From Podarcis gaigeae (lineage: Eukaryota), in assembly GCA_964106915.2 (NCBI GenBank), contig OZ066920.1: DNA of 64,000 nt. The stretch is one strand, 5' to 3'. This document shows, in pieces, positions 12,280-23,832 of this stretch. The position numbers were made by a program, and so were the translations under genes. Numbering within the stretch: the first letter of the stretch is position 1; each line of letters starts with the position of its first letter. Below the pieces are notes generated by a model that worked only from the letters and a program-made list of their open reading frames with translations, was not told the DNA's origin and did no database searches.

Positions 12280-12960
12280 CAATGCGCATGCGTGCTCCTG
12301 GCTCAAACCATCCCTTCGCTTCCACACATACCCCTTATAAGACTACATCTCCCAAAATGCATCAAACAAAAAAAAAGGGCAGGCGGGACTTTCTACCCGT
12401 TATATAAAAATAGGGAGAACAAGTGCGCAGGCGCAGGCTCCCTTCTCCGCTCCTCTTGGGTAGCTCGCTCCCTCAGCTACTACGACAGCCCCTCCTTGTG
12501 CGTCATGCGCGTGCGCTGCCTAATTCCGGCCTCTGCCCTCGATAGCCAAAGGGCTGCAAGAAACAGGCCGGAGAAGCGGGGGGAGGAGGAGAGAAGGGCG
12601 TTCGCGCATGCGCCTCCAAACTGCCTCCTTCTGTTCCCTATACCCGACCTTGTAAGCGGGCGGCGAGGGGATGGGGCGCGGAGCGGGGCCCGGATGAGGC
12701 CGAAGAGGAGCCAGGCTCAGCACAGCCGTCCTGCCAGCGACGGGCTCCCCACCCACCCGCTCAGGTCAGTGCTGGGGCCATGCTCATGCGCGTGAGGACT
12801 CCCCACCCGACCCGGGTTCTCCCTCACATCAGCTCCGTTGCCCCCGAGAAGGGGGTGAGGGAGGGAAATGTGGCCGAGCTTGTGGGAGAAGGGCATTAAC
12901 TGAAGCTCTCTCTGCGGCGCGCATGCGCTAGTATCCCTGTGCAGCGCCCCCTAGCGCCTG
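12280..12960 (+). promoter_or_regulatory. RALBP1: RALBP1 CpG-island promoter with NRF1, ZNF143 (SBS) and CTCF-like motifs
   Basis: The main CpG-dense region outside transposons. GCGCATGCGC-type sites at 12283, 12424, 12506, 12603, 12781 and 12918. ACTACATCTCCCAAAATGCA at 12342. GCAGCGCCCCCTAGCGCC at 12941. Confidence 0.8.
12650..12764 (+). other. RALBP1: RALBP1 non-coding exon 1 (start approximate)
   Basis: Donor CAG|GTCAGT at 12764/12765 inside the CpG island. Exon 2 begins at an acceptor upstream of the ATG, so an upstream exon is required. Confidence 0.55.
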
Positions 12961-13657
12961 GGGGCGTCTTGTGACTGAGGCCCGGTTGGGTCTCAGGCTG
13001 CCACTCCCTTTTTCTCCTCAGGATTGCCGAATGGGGTGTTGGCATATTGACACACCCTGCGGGTGGGATGAAAACGATGCAAGCAACGTCGACATTAGCA
13101 ACCGCTTTGAGGTTTTTTTTTGGGGGGGGGTGCACTCAAGCGGTGTATAAATTTTATGAAATAAATAAATACTCTGCAACAAGTGGTTCAGGTTGCAATC
13201 CTATGCACGCTTAACATGTTAAAAAGGCCCTTTGCATGTAGTGGGGTTAACCTCTGAGTAAATGTGTGTTGTCCGAGTATCTTCCACTCACCATCATTCC
13301 CTCCACCCACTTTTGCCTGCTTAATGCTCCCGGTGACTACTTATGTGGACTCTCTTAATGCATAAACATGCCCCTTTGAGACTATGGCAGGATGGTTAAA
13401 AGATAACTAATGAATGATGTTAAATTGCAACCAGCCAGCCCCCATTCACAAGCATCCTGTTTGTAAGATCAAATAAACTTATGAAATGGGAACACAGTGG
13501 TAACTATTGTGATTCAGGATGCATTTATGTAATGGTTTTTCTTTTTGGGGGAGTAACTGTTGCAGTCTTCCATGTACCCTTTCTTAGTTACTTAGATGTG
13601 CAAAAATAAACAGGGATTTATTTATTTTTTAAAAAAAGGATTACAGAAGCTCATATA

Positions 13658-14227
13658 CCGTATTTTTCGCCCCATAGGACGCACTTTTTCCCCGTCCAAA
13701 AATGAAGGGGAAATCTGGGTGCGTCCTATGGAGCGAGTGCAGGCTTTTGCTGAAGCTTGGAGAGCGAGAGGGTCGGTGTGCATCGACCCCTCTCGCTCTC
13801 CAGGCTTCGGGAAGACATCCGCAGCCTAGGCAGCCTTGCTGGCGCGCTGGGCACGCTGAAAGCAGATCGCCCGGCGCTTTGGGAACACATCTGCAGCCTA
13901 GGCAGCCCTGCAGGGCTCCCCACGCAGATAGCAGCCTGCCGCCCGGCACGCCCTAAAGCAGAGCGCCCCTCGTGCCAGGCAGACATCTGCAGCGTGGGGA
14001 GTAGCCCGGCACGCGGCGCGCCCTGAAGCAGGGCGCCCCTCGCGCCGGGCAGACATCGGCCAGCCCCACAAGCTCGGGCGACAGCAGGGAGGCGCAGTGC
14101 CGCCATCCCGCTGTTCCCCGACTTGGTTTTGGGGGAGAAATAAAGGAAAACATTTTTCCTTTATTTCCCCCCAAAAAAACTAGGTGCGTCCTATGGGATG
14201 GAGCATCCTATGGGACAAAAAATACGG
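13658..14227. mobile_element. Tc2/pogo-like MITE, same family ends as 1793-2162
   Basis: TIRs CCGTATTTTTCGCCCCATAGGA / TCCTATGGGACAAAAAATACGG, TA TSD. Confidence 0.85.
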
Positions 14228-14239
14228 TATGTGTCAGCA

Positions 14240-14580
14240 GCCAAACAGAAATCAAACAGAATTGGGGATAAAAAGCACCCCGTGGCACCCCATGGTGCAA
14301 CTGCCAAAGGGTAAAACCTAATCCCCTAATGCTATTTACTAAATCCAGCCCCTTAGGTATGAACGGAATCGCTTCAACACAGTGCCACCAACTCACAACA
14401 CAGAAGTGGCCATAGTCAAAGGTATCAAAAGCTGCTGAGGGACCAAGCAAGAGCAACAAGGTCTGTCCTGCTTCTGAAGGACATCATGTATCAGGACACC
14501 CAAAGATGATTTTGTTCCCAAACAAGGCTCAAACCCAGACTGAAATGGGTCAATATCATCAGCTTCCTCTAAGAGTGTCT
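14240..14580 (-). mobile_element. Decayed L2/CR1-clade LINE reverse transcriptase fragment
   Basis: Minus-strand translations give DPFQSGF...GT, LLGPSAAFDTFD (compare LDLSAAFDTIDH) and GVPRG (compare GVPQG), with frameshifts. Confidence 0.75.
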
Positions 14581-17500
14581 GCCAGCCCCCTCTCAAGCAC
14601 CTTACCCCCAAAAGGGGATATTTGTGATAGGGTGGTAGTTGTCAAACACCTCAAGATCCAAGCAAGGCTGCTTTGGGAGCACTACGGCCTCCTTTGTGTA
14701 CGTTTATAACATACTTTAGTTTCTGTATTTAATGAAAACCATAACATACCAGGATTAGTTGAAGAAACAAATACTGTGATATATTTTAAAAGATTTCTAG
14801 ATTTGTGTCTATGCTCGTAATTGTATTGGTCACACAGAATGCTTGTTATTAGCAACAGAGCAAATACTAAAGATACCAGTGCACCTTGTAAAAGAAAAAA
14901 AGTTTTAAAATACCTCTCTCTGAAATCCTGGAGAGCTACTGTCAGACAGGACTGTCCTCATTCAGGCACAATTGGTCTGGCTTGGGAAAAGGCAGCTGCT
15001 TATATCCTTCAGCACCACAAAGAACTCTCTCTAAGAAAGGTTTCTTTTTGTATGTGTCCTGTTGGGTGCATTTGTTAACACAAGGAATTGTTTTAGCCAC
15101 ACAGAATGATCTCTGTATAGGTGGCTACAGTTTCACTAAAGGTTTTGGAAGTGCTTCAAACTGTAGCTGGTTATATATTTACCCGAGCTACATGGTTGCA
15201 GCTGCTCCATGGCTGGATCTTCCACAGCTCTGGTAATATTTGAGTAACAGAGATCAGTGCAGCAGCAGGAGTGTTTAAATCAAGCTGTGTATAGGTAAAT
15301 ACAGCTTGCATAGTGCAAGTAACCCCATCCTGAAGATTGTTAAAGCACACTAAAGCAATTTCAAGTTTGCCTTCCTGGTTCACAGTGAAAGCTTTTCTTC
15401 CTCCAATCGGTGACTGATTTGGAAGTCCCATGTTCTGTTTTGTATCCCATATCTACATTGCTTGCGCTGTGCTAGTATACCGACCACTGAGATCAAAACA
15501 GATTTCATGCCCTGACTTTCAAGGAAAAGAGATGGGGAAATATCATTTTTAAATTTTTCTTGTGATCAGAGAACCTTTGCTAAGCATCAGGCAAAAACTA
15601 CCATTCTTCCCACCTCCTCTCTTTCCTTTAGGAAAGGTCGGCAGGAAGCTTCTCGGGCTGCTTCTCCATAATAGGGCTCATCTGATGAGCTTTTGTGACC
15701 ATAATTTTTGGCTTTGCAGGCAAGGCCAGCCAAAAAATATGGACCTCTGCACAGATGTCACAAAGTAAAATCTTCCTCAAAGCTGTGGAAAGCAGTGTTC
15801 TCCCCATTCATATTTTTTGGTGTAACCCAGCCCATTTTAGCCACAATTCAGTTTTAGATCCCACTGACTTCAGTGGGAGATACGTATGTGCTTAGTTCTC
15901 TCTCTGAATTTAATTGAATTGTTCATCCGGATAAGATTTTTTTCTTTTTTATTGAGGCAAACATTCTGCCAGATTTGAGCATGTGTGGACACATTATATT
16001 AGCTGTGGCTCAGCAAATGAGGAATCTGGAATAAGAAAATGTTTCCCAGAACATTTCAACACCAGAGAGAGCGGAACTGTTCAGTGTTTGTTATTTGTTG
16101 TACCATGACTTTGAAATGAACTTATGATAAGGTTATACTGTGTCTGAATGTTTGCTAATAAACTGCTTAAAAAGCAAATTGTGTATGGACTTGAAGAGTT
16201 GCAGCTGTGCTGTTAACAAAATAGGAACCTGACATGGGTCAAATCAGGTTTGTTTATGATGCATAGATTCTTTGTATTCCTTCCCTTTGACCCACTTAGA
16301 GTTAAAGGGACCTTATGGACACTTTTCTAGCTTTTAGTCATTCAAGGTCAGTGGGGCTACTCAGGGCAAAGTGGTTTAAGTTTTGACTCATGAAGCTCAA
16401 TTCAGTGCATATTTAGTGAGGGCTAAGTCTGTTCAGTTATGCTAGGATTGCAGGCTCAGCTGAGAAAACTTCAATTCTGAAATGCAAGGCAATGCTTTCA
16501 GAATGAGTTATCTTCTGATTTGGTAGCAGTAGCTGTTTGATTCAGGGCCAAAACTGCATGAGAGACATGGCATCTATGGTAGGAGCTCCCATTTTTATTT
16601 TTTATTTTGAAGTAATTTTAAGGGGATTCAATTTTTTTTGGAACAGTTGTGTGGAAGGAGAGAGAGATAAACTCCATGGCTTCATACTCCTTATCTAAAT
16701 CTCCAAGGTGTTGCTTCACTGGTGGTTTGGCACTTGCTCTTGGCTGTGCAACTTAATTGGAGGACCTTCGTAAGACTTTCATAAGCAATAGTAGGCAAGA
16801 GAGTGATTCACATGGGAGTTACGAGTTGTCCTGATAATTTTTATTCTATGATTCTAGTTTTGAAATAACAACATGTTCTACCAGTGTATAGTCTACACAT
16901 GATAAACTTTAGCGCTGAGAGAGAACAGAGTGTTCTTTACATAAATGCAAATCAGTCTGACAGCAAGGATAGCTAAGGCAAGAGATTCAAACAAGGCTTA
17001 TAGTTTTGCCCTAAGACAACCCCCAGGTTCTGTGATGGAAATAAACAATGTGCATGCAGGAAATTGGCACAAACATACTTTAAACTAGAGTACTCTTATA
17101 CTTCTTGTTTTAGGTTTACCTCCTGTTCCAAGATATAGAATTCTTCTCTCAGAATTGACATAAAAGGGGAGAGATTATGAGCTAATAGGAGTGTAGGGCA
17201 TGAACTAGGGTCCAGGGAGAAAAGGAAGTATGAAGAGTAGGTGGGGTGGGGGATCTTCAAATTGCTAAGATTTATTGAGATTAGCAGACCTCTTTGAAAG
17301 GTACCTCTGAATATTGAAGGGTTCCCTCTTCTGCATTGAATTTTGAACTTCAGGTCCCTTTGTTTAAAGTCCTGACTTTAGAAATCCTATAATACTTCAC
17401 CGCTTGCAAAAAAAAGTGCACTTGCAAGGCTGAGATGACTGATGAATTTTCTGTCTGATGTACATCATTCCAACATCACATTAACCATGCTGTGCTGGGA

Positions 17501-18500
17501 TAACATTGTATTGCATTGTTTGTATTGCTTTCTTTAAAGTACTTGTACTCTGCCCTTCCAGGCTTGCAGAAGGCAGCACACAATAAAAAAAAAAATACAT
17601 AACAGGGCTAACAGGATAAAGTAGTCAAACTTAAAAATAGCACAGTTTGCTTCAGGTCGAAAGTGGATGTCAGATTTCTCCATCTGATCCATAGTCCCTT
17701 TGCTGTAATAGACTTCTACAGGAAAGTCCATTACTGATTGAAGTTTCTACTTGGATGACATAGAAGATATAATTTGGAATGGAAAAACCCTAGGTTGCAG
17801 ACGTTTTCCAAAATAGCCAATGTCATTCTCCTCCTGTCTCATGAACCATGGCATCTACATCCATAAAATTATGCCAAACTGTAAGCTTTAAAATGTTTTC
17901 ACAATAGCTTCTGCTCTGTCATTTAACATATACAATGCCAGTAATAACCAAAATATGTAGAAGAGAGTCAGAAACTTTGGGGGTGTACACTTCAAAATAA
18001 GCTTTGGGCCACCACAGATTATATGCCTACTCTTCTAGTAGAAAGTTCCCAGTGAGGTAGCATTGCATTGCATCTCTCTCTGTATCTGTTTGGGGACAAG
18101 TTATAACCAACATAGTGCCACATACCAATCATATCCAAAATAAACAAACTACTGGACTGAACTTGATACAGTCTCATAGAAGACACTGTCCTGGATGTAT
18201 GAGTATATGATTTGTGATGAGCCAGAATGTGGGGTGTAAAGGAAGCTACTCTTAACAAATTCTGAAAATTGAAATTGTACTTCATGGTTGCAGTTGAATT
18301 TCAGATTTTTAAACTTGAATCTGAATGTATGTGATATTATGAGTAGTCCTGTTTATATCATGTGATGAATTCTTGAGTGAAATTGAGTGTAATACATATT
18401 GAGTGTAATACATATAGAGCTGTATTGAAAGCAGTTTCTCTCACTATAATAGTATTTTGCAGCGACAAAAATACTTTGTGTTCTTTTTATTGCAGGCATA

Positions 18501-18512
18501 ATGGATAGGTAA
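18501..18512 (+). promoter_or_regulatory. Minimal upstream ORF (ATG GAT AGG TAA; M-D-R-stop) in the RALBP1 5' UTR
   Basis: Lies in exon 2 (acceptor at 18495/18496) and ends 36 nt before the main ATG at 18549. Context ATAATGG has A at -3 and G at +4. Confidence 0.7.
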
Positions 18513-18548
18513 CAGGGTATTGTTCTGCTGTGGTGCCAGAGAGTAAGA

Positions 18549-18792
18549 ATGACGGAGTGCTTCCTGCCTCCCACCAGCAGCCCCAGTGAGCACCGCAGAG
18601 TAGAGCATGGCGGGAGTCTTGCTCGGACCCCGAGCTCTGAAGAAATCAGCCCAACAAAATTCCCTGGCTTATATCGAACTGGCGAGCCATCACCACCTCA
18701 TGACAGCCTGCATGAGCCTCCAGATATTGTGTCTGATGATGAGAAAGAACATGGGAAGAAGAAAGGAAAATTTAAAAAGAAGGAGAAAAGAA
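18549..18792 (+). CDS. RALBP1: RALBP1 (RalA-binding protein 1 / RLIP76), first coding exon
   Basis: MTECFLPPTSSPSEHRRVEHG...KKKEKR is the RALBP1 N-terminus. The exon starts at 18496, with phase-1 donor GTAGGT. Confidence 0.97.
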
Positions 18793-19029
18793 GTAGGTAG
18801 TCCTTCTCCTCTTCCAATCTGTGTGCTACTAGTGTGCTTTTTAGTATTTACGGTTTGCTTTTCATGACTCAATACTTGTGTGCATGTGTTTTCATGTACA
18901 GCACGATCCCATCTTGTGCACAGTTAACGAGTGTGATTTCAGTCTTGCGCAGTTGAAAGCAGGCCAGTTGAAATTGCGTGAATTAATTGCACACTTAAAG
19001 GCTCCTTTTGCACTGGGTTTTCCCAGTGT

Positions 19030-19272
19030 GGAAAGAGCTTTTAAGCTCTCCATCTTGCTTACCAGGCAAGTCCTGCTCAGTATGCGAGTTCTGGGATGCT
19101 CTTGCAAGATCTTGTGGGAATGTGGATGCCCCCATGAGATCTCACGAGAGCATCCCAGAGACCACAAGCTGAGCATGACTTGCCCGCTAAGCAAGGCGAG
19201 AGCATCCCAGAGACCACAAGCTGAGCATGACTTGCCCGCTAAGCAAGGCAAAGAGCTCAAAAGCTCTTCCTT
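19030..19272. repeat. Fold-back (palindromic) element with a perfect 52-bp tandem duplication in one arm
   Basis: 19054-19102 is the reverse complement of the unit CGAGAGCATCCCAGAGACCACAAGCTGAGCATGACTTGCCCGCTAAGCAAGG, which occurs twice (19145-19196 and 19197-19248). Confidence 0.85.
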
Positions 19273-21380
19273 CCTTGGGTATAAGGTCCACTTGGCACAT
19301 TGGCTCGGGAAGGTAAAGTATGGTCGCACCGTGACAGTTTCAAGGGGGTGGGCTGAGTATATGGGCCATCTCCAGAGTCTAACCCTGTGCAAGATGTGAT
19401 TATACTGTAGCCCTTTATATAATTTATTCATTTAGTTTCAGTGTGTGTGGCACCACAAGTGTAAATGTATTTCATAAGTGTTACAGGGGTTTTTTTTGTA
19501 TGTAAATGTTTTCTAAGGCATAAGGTGCTATAAAATCTGTGCTAATTCTAATCAAATGTTTTGGTATGTGATGCCTTCGTATCCATCAGAGTCTTAAGAT
19601 TATTTGTAAATCTGCTAAGGCTTTCATGACATCTAAATGAGGACTATAAAAATATTTCCAAATTGCAGCAGTGACATCATGGCTGTGTATCGACTATCAT
19701 ACCTCATAATTAACTGAGGTATGAACAAGCCTCATGGAGCCACCTCAGTCCTTCCCTATGATCTAGGAAGTAAGCCTGGAATTCTCAGTTAACCTATAGT
19801 TTCCTTATAGGTTTGTACTGGCAAACTATGGTTAACAAATTCCAAACAAACCAGGATATTAAACCAACTTTAAACAGTGCCTTAGTATTCCATGCATGTT
19901 TGTAAGCATTAAGTGTAGTTTCCTGGTTTGGAAACAATGGGAAACCCTTGTTAACAGAAACTTGTTGACTTACTTGCCTGCTCATGCAAAGGGAGGAGCA
20001 AAACAGCTCTCTGCAAGTGTACGATACTCATTCATATCTTGGCTTCTTAAGCTAAAGAAAATTACAGTCTGAAGCTAATGCCATCACTTTAAAACAGGTG
20101 GGGAACCATTTTCAGCCCAAGAGCTGAATCAGAAATTGGGCCACCCCTCCATGGGCCTCTTTTTAAGGTGGTTGGGGCAGATCAGCTTATTGGTTCTAAA
20201 AGCCCCCTTGAAGTTGTTCATTTACAGGTGCAGTTTGGTATGAAACCTCGCTTGCAAATGGACATTTTTCTTTGGCATTTGCAGGTGCAAATGATTAAAC
20301 GATTAAATATTGCAAGGGGGAGATAGCAGCAATGCCTTTTCCCAGCCCTGTGCATGCTGTGGCCACTACTGCCATCCAACCTGTGTTTAATGTGTAGATA
20401 ACTAAAGACTGATGAATCGATCTTCTGTTCATTTAAAATTGTTGACATTAATTTCTCTCTTTGGTTTCCGTTGTGACAGATTCATGTATTGTCTAGCTAT
20501 CTGAAAATAAATTTATTGCAAAAAATGGCATTAGCAGTAAAATCTCCAAAGACAACTGTTTTCTAAGCCTTGTCAAAAAGTTCTGAAATTGCTTCTCTAA
20601 TTGTATTGGGAGTTATGGCTTTTGGCATTTTTATCCACATCCACTGTTTCAGCGCTAATTCTACTACATCTGTTCTCCTTCTACAAGTACCATAGCTGTC
20701 AGAATGGCAGCTATGGTACTTGTAGAATAATACATTTTTTAGGGATTGCTAGTTCTCCATTTTTTGTATTTTGCAAGACACATTGGTTAATCAAAGTTTG
20801 AATTCTTTGAAAAGTTACATTTTATCTTGGTGCCTTGATCTGTGGTGAACATTCTGTACTGTGATGCTGTTAGATTTTTGTGTATACAGAAGTATCAGTA
20901 GGCATTCAGAAAAACTCAAGATGCTTAGCTTCAAATTATGGATCTAATATTTCAGTAGCTGTTTATTTATTAAATATTTTAAACAAATATGAGAACCCAG
21001 AATTTCAGACTTCAACTGTGTGTTTTCCTTCTTTTAAAAGTGGCAGCATTGTTTGCCTGCTGGTTTTTGAAGTAATGTGAAGAATTAGAGTTTCTTAGAG
21101 CAGAAGTCTATGAATGTTTGCTTGGAAATAAATCCCACCATGTTCAGTGGCGCTTACTCCAAAGTAAGTGTGCATCCCTAGGTCATTTTGGATTTGATTT
21201 TTAGTGCAGGGCTGCAGCTGTTGGGTCAAGGCTTGGTTACTCTCAGTCCTAGGGTGTGGCAATCTATTTATGGACCATATATTCTAGTTCCAAGTTGGTC
21301 CACATCTCTGGATACAGAGCTCTTACCCCCACTTTGGTGGCCTGACATTCATGCTGGAATATCACTTCAGCGCTCTAGCA

Positions 21381-21520
21381 CAGTGGCTCTGCGTAACTCA
21401 CCCAGGGCACCATTCACATAAAAACTACCATAAATATATCAAAATTTTCAAAAGTAGGGTCCACGGCTTGGCTTTTGAAAAACAGGGGGTCCACAGTACT
21501 TAGCTAATTGGGAACCAATG
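21381..21520. mobile_element. hAT (Charlie-type) MITE
   Basis: Perfect 8-bp TSD CTCTAGCA. Ends CAGTGGCTC / GGGAACCAATG. Confidence 0.75.
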
Positions 21521-22389
21521 CTCTAGCAGGTTCTCCATCAAATTTAGTTCAGGTTTTTTTTTTAGCCATTTCCTCCTCTGTCTTAGCATATGTGCTGCAA
21601 TAAGTGATGGGTGTGTTTTAGATATTTATTTTCTTGTTCTTCCCTACAGGGTAGGCAGGGCTAGTTGCAGAAGAGGTGTAGCTTATTGGACTCCTGTGCA
21701 TTTATTTCAGAGGCAGCACAGTAAAGCACCTGATAATTTGCAGCAAAAGCTTTGTTTGTCTTATGGCTGTGGAATTGAACTCTCTTGTGCAGTTTACATA
21801 ATCCAAATGGGCACATGTAGTTAGAGATTTTTCAGGATGATTGGGACAACTTTGCCCATGGAACTGAAAAGTAAGTTATTTCTTTTTAGAGGTTGTACAT
21901 TAATTTTTTACATTGTAGAATATCTGGTTTGCCTAGAATATCTGGTCTAGCCTTTTTATTACAAGCAGTTAACTTAGTGGTTTGTGCAATGCAATCCACT
22001 TCTCATTGAAGTCAGTAGCAAAGCTCTCACTCATTTTAATGCAGCAGGATTGTATTATTTGTACTTTTTGCAGGTTGATTTTCAGATGTGCCTGTAAAGA
22101 TGTTGAACTGATGCCATGACAGTGTGTTATATTCACTGCAAAAATACATATATTTTTGACATTCTAATTTTAATAATAATGATTCTTATAATTAATATTT
22201 ATGATGAAAATAACAAATGTACAAGTTCAAGAAGTTCTGACTAATTTTCTATACTTTTTGCAAGTATGAACAACTGTGTTATAATGCTTCTTTAATAACA
22301 AATGAAAGTTCAAACCATTTATTAGTGGCAAATGTGTGTTGTTTGAATATTGTTTCTGATTGCAATGGTTATTAAATAATTTTATTCAC

Positions 22390-22585
22390 TTTCATACAAC
22401 TCTTCTTCCAAGGAACCCAAGGCAGGACAGTGTACATGCCCCACCTACACACAGACACACACTAATCCTTATAATAACTTTGTTGAGGTAGGTTAGGCTA
22501 AGATAGGCTTACCAGCCAAATGGCATCCATTAAATTTCCAAAGCTTAGCATGGATTTGAATCTGGGTCTTCCTGCTCATATTCTG
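22390..22585 (-). mobile_element. Old CORE-SINE (MIR/Squam3-like) remnant
   Basis: Degenerate similarity to the SINEs at 27441 and 45111 (TGAGGTAGGTTAGGCTAAGA...GGATTTGAATCTGGGTCT). Confidence 0.5.
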
Positions 22586-23373
22586 CTTCTTATCCGTGAG
22601 ACCCTCCTGGTGGTAATAGAGACTAGCAATAGCTCTTCTACTCATCTTGTTTAACAAACTCTTTTGCCACCATAATGAGCTTTATATATGCACTCATTCA
22701 TAAATTATCACATATCCCTGTTTGCCTGTTGGCCATCTTAGAAAATGGTAACCAAACTGGAAAATTCATACAACAGGATGCAAGTGTCTACCCAAGTAAA
22801 ATCACATAGGCCTGAATCATATACAAACTTCAAGATTCTCTGCACATTCTGTTGTTTTACAAGAGTCTACAGCAGATCCTGGAATATTGCTAAGGTTTAA
22901 GATAAGCAGATATGTGCCATTCATATCACTTTACAGCATCAGTTCTGTATTGATTTTGATGTTACATTTTACTTTAGGAGGAAACGATGAAAAACATTAA
23001 GGTGCCAGTACTAAGTTTATTTCACAGGGAATAACTCCACTGAACACAATGGGATATTCAAGCCTTGGCTTAGGCTTGCATTGCAAGTTGGAGTTAAACT
23101 TCAAACTGTACATTTTTGCATATTGTTGTCAGCAGGTAATCAAGTGATTCTGCTTGTGTATGAAGCTTTCATACCAGAGTAATATTTTTAAAAATTCATG
23201 TACATTATTCAGGGGAAGAAAATACATCAGAATTGTCTCCAAGTCCTGCATAATTCTGCAAATCTGTGTATGTAGCACATTATTGCTGAGCATTTTTCTG
23301 CCTTTTGGCTTTTCTAGGTAGATTATGCATTTGATATTTTCCCTCCTTCATGTCTTCCTTTTTCTCTTAACAG

Positions 23374-23832
23374 CGGAAGGCTATGCAGCCTTCCAGGAAG
23401 ACAGCTCTGGGGATGAAGCTGAAAGCCCCTCCAAGTTAAAGCGCTCCAAAGGGATCCATGTTTTCAAGAAGCCAAGTTTCTCCAAAAAGAAGGAAAAAGA
23501 TTTTAAGATAAAAGAAAAACCCAAAGATGAAAAACATAAAGAGGACAAGCACAAGGAGGAAAAACATAAAGAGAAAAAATCTAAAGACTTGACAGCAGCG
23601 GATGTTGTGAAACAGTGGAAAGAGAAGAAGAAGAAGAAGAAACCAGCTCAAGAGGCAGAGATACCGCAGGTGGATATTCCCAGGCCTCGCCCTGTGTTTG
23701 GTATCCCTTTGGCAGATGCAGCAGAAAGGACCATGTTGTATGATGGCATCCGCCTGCCAGCAGTTTTCCGGGAATGTATAGATTACGTAGAGAAATATGG
23801 CATGAAATGCGAAGGCATCTACAGAGTTTCAG
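23374..23832 (+). CDS. RALBP1: RALBP1 coding exon (EGYAAFQEDSSGDEAES...K/E-rich region...start of RhoGAP domain, EGIYRVS)
   Basis: Acceptor ttaacAG, donor GTATAG, 459 nt, phase 1/1. Contains the GAP arginine-finger motif GIYRVSG. Confidence 0.97.

Noticed and set aside
12205-12795. 196-aa ORF over the CpG island
   Set aside because: Non-ATG start, spans promoter motifs and the exon 1 donor. A typical CpG-island artefact.
18878-19431. Sense/antisense ORF pair of 173 and 179 aa
   Set aside because: Intronic, centred on a palindrome with a tandem duplication, and no protein similarity recognised.
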